Assembly (NCBI RefSeq): GCF_009914755.1
Contig: NC_060933.1
DNA: 64,000 nucleotides
Source of the DNA: the human T2T-CHM13v2.0 reference genome, Homo sapiens
Reading direction: 5' to 3' (one strand)
The notes under the pieces are model-generated. The model worked only from the letters and a program-made list of their open reading frames with translations, was not told the origin of the DNA and did not search any database. Every line of letters starts with the position of its first letter. Within the stretch, counting starts at the first letter, position 1. Below, in pieces: positions 57,309 through 64,000 of this stretch. The position numbers were made by a program, and so were the translations under genes.

Positions 57309-59709
57309 TTATTAAGTGGGCCACAGGGGGCCTACAAGGTAGAAAAAATTGACCTTTGAGGGGAATCAGAAGAAAATATATGACAGGAGGAAAATAACCC
57401 ATTTCTGAGAGAGGAAGTCTTGGAAAGAATGAAGGGGACCTGAAGAGAGGGACAGCCAGAAACAATCACCGTTTTGAAGGAATATGGTGAGGAACTGAGG
57501 AAATCAATGCCTGACAGCCCATTTAAAGCTATTTCTAGTTTTATGATGTAGTAAGCTTTGCAGCTAAGGTAAGCAACACGACTTAGCCTAACCTTGTTTT
57601 GTGGGAGCTGAGTGGGAGAGAGAAGGGACAGTAGGTAGTTTTCAGGCCTGAGTAAGCTGTTTATCAGCAAAAAAGAACTGACAAGTAGAAAAGTCTGTGA
57701 ATCCATTGCTTGTTTTTATTGATGCACTATCAACATAAACATCCTGCTCACCAACAAAGGGACATTTGTGAAGTCCTTACATCAGGCAGTGTTTTGATGG
57801 GTTTATATACTGTATGAAGAGAGATTTTGTTCTCCAGAAGCTCACAATTTTAGGGATTTTTCTACCTATTAGGTTGGTACTTCCCTTTCTTTAGGGCATA
57901 CTGGAACAAATATTGAAAATCCTGTTAGTGGATTCTGTTCTTCTAAAATTAAGACCTAGACTAGGTAGAGAAGCTTGATTAATTCTATGAGCAGAATCAA
58001 GCCTGTTCTACACAGTTAAGAGTGGCTAAGCTCCTGGGCCCAGGCTCTCACCTCTTCCCACCCACTTCTTCCTTTTTCAACAGCCTGCTGGTAATTAGTA
58101 ATTTTAACTATTGTTCTGTCTATGAGTGCAGTCTCTCTTTTCTTTTTAAGTTGGAAGAATGTAAGGATAACAAGAACCAAAAGAAGGAAATAGAAAAGGA
58201 ATTAAGTAGTGAGATAGCATTTTAAGTCACCCCGATCCACTAAGAAGTTTCCTTTAGACATGGTATGCAAGGCTTAGGGGTAAACTTGAGACTGAGGATC
58301 TGGACATTTAAGTGTACATCTAACCTAGGATCATTTTTAATACCTTCTTCTTTCTGAGGATCTTCAATCCCCACTTCTCAATTCAGAAAAGGCACATTAC
58401 ATTTCATATATTGTCCTAAACATATTTTGTAGGAAAACATCATTGCTTCCTTGGAAAACTGCATTATCTAGACTACACCTTTTGGGGTTATGTGATTCTG
58501 ATTCTAGAGTAGCCATGTTACAACTCTGTAGGCTGCCCACACCCTACAGAGCAATGCAAAATCATTCTTGACTGAAGATAAGCAAATTCTCTTCAGTGGA
58601 GGTTGAACTGACTTCTCTTCCCCATTGAGAAAGAGCTAGTTTTACCCTCATTTGCACATTCCATTCAAAATTCCTGATCTATAAATGATCTGGTCTTTGG
58701 ATTTCCCTTTGAACTGGTGGTAATATCTGATGAGTTCTCTAATTAAGAAGTTAAGAAGAATAATTTACATATGTTCCTTTTGTATCTGTGTAAGAATCAT
58801 GATTTTACCTTCTCTTGAAAATTATCCTTTAACATTTTCTTCTAGTTTGCAGATTGGGGTTCACTACTGGCAAGTAACTCTGTCACCAGTGTCACTTGCC
58901 AAGGTGTAGATAAATAAAACGTGTTTCCCTATCTTGTTTCTACAGCTTAATCTTATCCTAATAATTACATTAAGTTTTATGTTAACTTGCTTCAGAGCTA
59001 TGGGGAGTGGAGAATAACAGTGTCTCTCTGGATTGGGGAAATACTTTTAAATAGCCCAGAGGCACAGTGTTCTATATAACAGCATAAAGGCAACAATTAT
59101 AGCATTTCGATACCTTTCCTTCTCTATTACCTCCAGCTAATAAGCTTTGCAGAATCAAGGTTGGTTCTTCCCTAACAGTGTACAATAAAATGTTGTCTTT
59201 TTGTGGTATTCTGTTCATCCCTCTTAAAAATTGTGAGATAAATATCAAAACTGTTTTGGGTTTTTACAGACCAAAATAATTGATCAAAGAAACAAAGTTT
59301 TAAACAGTGAAAACTGTACACTTCTATGAGAACATTAGTGCAAAATGTTCTTTCTGCTTGGCTGGCTAGAATGGAGACTTATGTAGAAAGAGCATAACTC
59401 TATTACTCGATGATGGCCACTCGGTATAATACACTCTCTGGAAATAGGTTTAAGAAGCTAATAGAATCAATTGATTATAATTAGGAATGATGAGATCAGC
59501 AGATGAAGTTGGCACAATAAACCATGCTGTTGAGTTAGGCAGACTCTGCCGGATGCTTTTCTGCTCCTACATTGTGTCCATGTGAACCTTGGCCTGGGCC
59601 CCAGTCCACAGCATGGCAGCCCTTCTAAAAGTCACTTACTATGAGTGACCTGAAATATTGGATGAGTTATATAGTCTCATTTTTTAGGAAATGGGACCCC
59701 CATTCCTAG

Positions 59710-61750
59710 CTATTCTTGATCAATTAATGAGCATTATGTGACCAGCAATGTGCTTAAAAGTGTTGATAGGCCTACAGAAGTATACCTACCTGGCCTCACA
59801 ATGCCTATAATCTTGTTGGAGAGAGAAATCTAACAAAACTATAGCAATAAGAAAACAATTTACTGTTTACATGAGATACTGATTTTGAGTACAATTATCA
59901 TGCACAGAATAGTAATGAGGAATTGCCTCGCAGAGAACAAGGCATTTGAGTTAGATGTTGCATGATTTGAAAGTTGGATATTGCAGGTAGAAGATACAGG
60001 ATGAGCAAAGGCAGAATGGTGAGAAAAGGATGGCACATATAAAATTTAGGGGGAGATGATACTGGTATGAAGAATGCAGTTTATGGAGTAACAGAAAGTA
60101 AGTCTGAGTTGGAAAGAGAGAGAATGGGAATCTCAGTTGACCTAGAGGTATGGAAAGAGGAGTCTTCTGGATTTGGCACAAAAGCCAATCAAGGTCATTT
60201 TGGGATTAGGAGTGGAAAATAACATAAAGTATTGATTTATGCAAGGTAGCTTGAAAGAAAAAGTCCAAGATAATAAAAAAGATGGACTGTGACCAGGTCC
60301 TCCTTTAGAGGTAGCATTACTCAAATGAAAATATGGAAAATCTAACACATATTTTAAAAGAACCAATGGTAAGATTTTAATTCAATAGAATAAACATTTA
60401 TTGAATATATGTATAAAGCACTATGACAAGCATTGCAGGAAACCTTAAGATGAGCAAGGCAGTCCTCTGTTTTATGAGTTTAAAGTCTAGAAGGGGAGTT
60501 AGTACTGTACTGAGAAAGGCAAGTCCATGCACGCTTCTCGAAAACGTATTAAAGCTATGCAGAGAGGATAGGTATTTATTTTACCTAAGGTAATTAGGCA
60601 GAGTTTCATGAAGGCTAACTAAAACTATAAAAAAAGAATATTGGAAAAAGCTGGAAACATCATGGGCATAGCATTCTTCAGAAATAGAGACACAATTGGA
60701 ATTTAGGGCATAAGATTTGTTCAGGGGGAAGGATGAAGGGGGCATCAATAAGATAAGGAATGTGGAAGGCACAAAATTATGGAAGGTCAAATATCAATTT
60801 AAACTATCCAGACTCCCTTTATGGGGACATCATAAAACATTGTGTAGAGAAAGTAATCATTCAAATCTCTTCATGATAATGATAGCCCTGATCATGGATC
60901 CAAGATGGACTGTGGGAAGGAATTATAGGAATGATTGGTGATGAGGAGGAAGTAAGGTCGACTGGGAACAGTGAAAATAGTCACCATAGAGGAAATAATT
61001 TAAGAATCCTTGCAGAGGGAGCATGTTTAAACACTGACTATTAATTGGACATAAGAAGCAAAAAGGTGCTATCCATAAAACCAAAATTTTGTTTGTGTAG
61101 TAAGTGGGTGGTAACATCAATAACTAAATCAGGAATATGGAACTAAAGCAGATTTGGGAAGAATGGTAACGAATTCTGTTGTAGACATAGTGAGTTTGAG
61201 GTACTGATAGGTCATCTTTACGGAAATGTCAAAAAGGCAAATAAAATACTTGCTTGGAACCCAGAGGAAAACTCAAGATTATAGATGTAGAATGAGTTTT
61301 GTCCACAGAGGGGTGTTAATGTCTGGCATTTAATGAAATTACTCCAGAATTAGAACATAGAAGATGTGGGCTAAGGATTGGACCCTGACCTAGGGAATAA
61401 AATCATTTAGTGGGTAAGAAAGGGGAAAAACCATTGAAGTTAGACAAAGAATTAGCAAGAGAACCATGGGTAGTGGTATCATAAAAGGCAGATGTTGAGA
61501 AGTTTTCTGGATAAAGGGGTTGGTGGGTCATATATACTGAGAAGTCAGGGTTATGACTGATAAATATCACTGGATTTGTCATCCAGGAAGCCTGTGGTGA
61601 CTTTAGTGGAGTGTAATTTTAAGTAAACTTGGGGGTGTGAAAGTCAAATTGTACCAGGTGACAAAAGAATAGGAAGAGATTACAAAGTACTCTTTCAAAG
61701 AGTTTAGCATTGAAAAGGAGAAAGCAGACCATTGTAGCTTGCAGGGGCCA
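59710..61750 (-). mobile_element. Two adjacent degraded L2 elements (second 3' end at about 60380)
   Basis: attcaatagaataaacatttattgaata; gacatagtgagtttgaggtac; cactggatttgtc..ccaggaagcctgtggtgacttt. Confidence 0.7.
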
Positions 61751-63569
61751 CAGAATTGGCAAGAAGAACTAGTGGCAACTTTATATGAGTAGGAAAAAAA
61801 ATCAATGGAAAAAAGAAATTGAAGCTAGAGAAGAGATGTGGGAATAATTGATGAAAGAGAAATGAGTAAGAATACTATCAAAGCAAACTAAAGGTGTTAG
61901 CCTATGTGGGGAAGACACTCTTATTTTTCTCTCAGACATTGTTGGACTAAGGTCATTTAATTTTTTTGACAAGGTTTTTGGACCTTTAGATAAAGGTATA
62001 TGAATTGCATATAGTGAGCCAACAGATAGTGCCTCAGCAAATGCTGCCTATGACCCACAGTTTGAACTCGCTCAATCCAGTTGTGAATTTTCTGTATTGA
62101 CCTCATTGTCCCAGACTTGGCTCTTCCCTCAAATACCAGTCCATTAGGCAGTCTTTTGGACTGTGTGCTTGGCTTTCAATCTTACTTTAATACCTGGGAC
62201 CTACCTCTGAGATCACTTTGAATTCCACACATCAAATTGCAGATCATTCCCCCTGTCCCTCTTTGCCCAGCAAACATTACACTCTGAGCCCAGTGCATCG
62301 TGGAGGAGATTGCAAGGCCTGCATCAACACAGAAGTGAACTTCTGGAGAACTGAAGAGCTCAAGCCTAGCTGGATGACTCATGGACATAAATTCCCCCTA
62401 ACTCTGAACTATTGAGGTTGAGAAAAAAGATCTGATTAAAAGAGGAAGAGTTTATTTTCAGTTCTATTGAGATTGATGTGACCAGAGAACATGTTTAGAG
62501 AGTTAGAAATATGACCTTGGTGTCCAGATAAGAAGCCTCTAGTTCATTCTCAGTTATGAAAATGGATTCTACTACTCATCCCTAAAATAAATTCACGTAT
62601 ATATTCATACATACATATATGACTCAGGAATGGTCCCTGTTTCTTTTCTCCTCTCTGTCTCTCTCTCTGGGTAGGTAGATATATATTATCTTTAGTTCCA
62701 TCTACATCTTCCTTAATATCTTTTTTTGTCTGTGTCCCTTTCATACATAACCAAATGAGTTTTAGCAAGAATATTTAGCAAAGAATATTGAGTGCTCAGT
62801 TAATTCCGTCTGGCAATAATGATGAGTTGCTCCAAAACAATTTTATGTGGCTCAGAATTACTTTATTTGGTTTAAATAAATAGCCCACAACTTCCTGCCA
62901 TGAGCTATGGTTGACATGTACAGTCCAGGCCCAGTCTCTAGAAGGCAGGATGAGGGGGAGCAGAGCTTCCTAAAAGGTTGTGGGAAGCTCGCAGATTATC
63001 TTTCAAGGTAGCTCAAGTTTTTCATCTCCAGGGGACTACATTTTAAAATAGCCAAAACCATAAAACATCCTTGGGCTTTCTTTATTGCCTTTGTTTCCAC
63101 TTATGGCTGTAAGTGTAAGTCATTAGAAAGATTCACTCCACCAAAGGACCATGGAGAGTTGACTAAAATGGAGCAAAATCATAGGGTGAACTGAAGGTTT
63201 TCTATTTGTACAAGTGTTGAATTAGTACATCTAAGAGGTCTGTGGAAGTGAGCAGATTTGATACACTCCTTTAATGGTTCCATCCAGGAAATCCTCCAAA
63301 CATGGGAACTGAAGATTTAGCTCATGTTTTCCTCATAAGGAGTTAGCCTCATGTCAGCTGAATGTAATATAATAAGAATAAAATATGATCACTAGCTGTG
63401 CTAGATTCAGCAATACCACCAAAGTTCTTCCTGTAATACTGACTGGTATGAACCACTGAGTCCCAAAACAAACCTTCTTATCCTCCTCTAAGTAAACATT
63501 CTCTCCAGGCCGAGCATCTTCAGCAGCAGTGGTTCAGAGCTCAGCTTCTGTAATGAAACCACTTTTATA

Positions 63570-63668
63570 CTGCCTGTATTCAGAACCACTCTGCCCCTCA
63601 TTAGCTGTTTGACGTTGGGCAGGTAGTTTAATCTCAAAGTCTCGATTTCTTCTTCTGTAAAATTATGT
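63570..63668 (+). mobile_element. MIR fragment
   Basis: ctctgcccctcattagctgtttgacgttgggcaggtagtttaatctc...tctgtaaaat. Confidence 0.75.
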
Positions 63669-63753
63669 GTAGGATTTCTTCTATTTCCCCCTCCAGATTC
63701 ATTAACCAGCCTTGTCGTCCTCTTATCAACTCCAAAAGGCAAACAATTACAGA

Positions 63754-63883
63754 TAGAATGGCCACTTAACTTATTCAAAATGGATGCTTAGGTGTAAAAG
63801 AAGGAGACTGCTAGTATTTATGCCAGAAAAAGGGTACAAATTGGTACTGTTCCAGGCAGACCTGGATATATAGTTAACTACTA
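63754..63883. mobile_element. MER81-like hAT-Blackjack MITE
   Basis: ttatgccagaaaaagggtacaaattggtactgttccaggcagacctggatatatagttaacta resembles the recalled MER81 3' half. Confidence 0.55.
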
Positions 63884-64000
63884 AATAGGCTAAGTCAGTG
63901 GCCTCATTTGCCCCCTGGCTTTTGAATAGCTGGCAGAAGATTGAAGAGGGAAAACATGATGCCACGGTATTGACTGCCCTGATTTCTTCTTTGCAGTATT

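Noticed and set aside
58865-58910. Imperfect hairpin ggcaagtaactctg-tcac-cagtgtcacttgcc as a pre-miRNA
   Set aside because: Stem too short and mismatched; expected by chance or from a decayed MITE

Overview
This is primate (human or great-ape type) non-coding nuclear DNA, roughly 60-65% interspersed repeats by eye. I find no supportable protein-coding exon, RNA gene or CRISPR array. All ORFs over about 170 aa are broken LINE-1 ORF2 fragments, and the shorter ORFs are antisense L1/Alu frames or chance. The window holds one full-length inactive L1PA6-like element (25975-32123), a 3.4 kb L1PA5-like element, several older L1PA15/16, L1MA and L1ME elements, 8 Alus, MaLR LTRs (THE1, MST, MLT1), MIR, L2, L3/CR1 and hAT DNA-transposon relics, often nested 2-3 layers deep. 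About 29 kb of L1 lies on the minus strand versus about 3.5 kb on plus, which suggests (inference) an intron of a long plus-strand transcript. Repeat-free islands rich in homeodomain and E-box motifs look like candidate conserved enhancers. I did not find a new biological system. The best observations are mechanistic scars: a young-L1 patch plus inversion inside an old L1, a twin-priming inversion, an Alu-associated deletion, a possible 3' transduction, a template-switch palindrome and a recent 82-bp duplication. There is also a candidate cryptic exon downstream of the L1 antisense promoter. Subfamily names come from recalled diagnostic motifs, not from a RepeatMasker run, and boundaries of ancient repeats are approximate.
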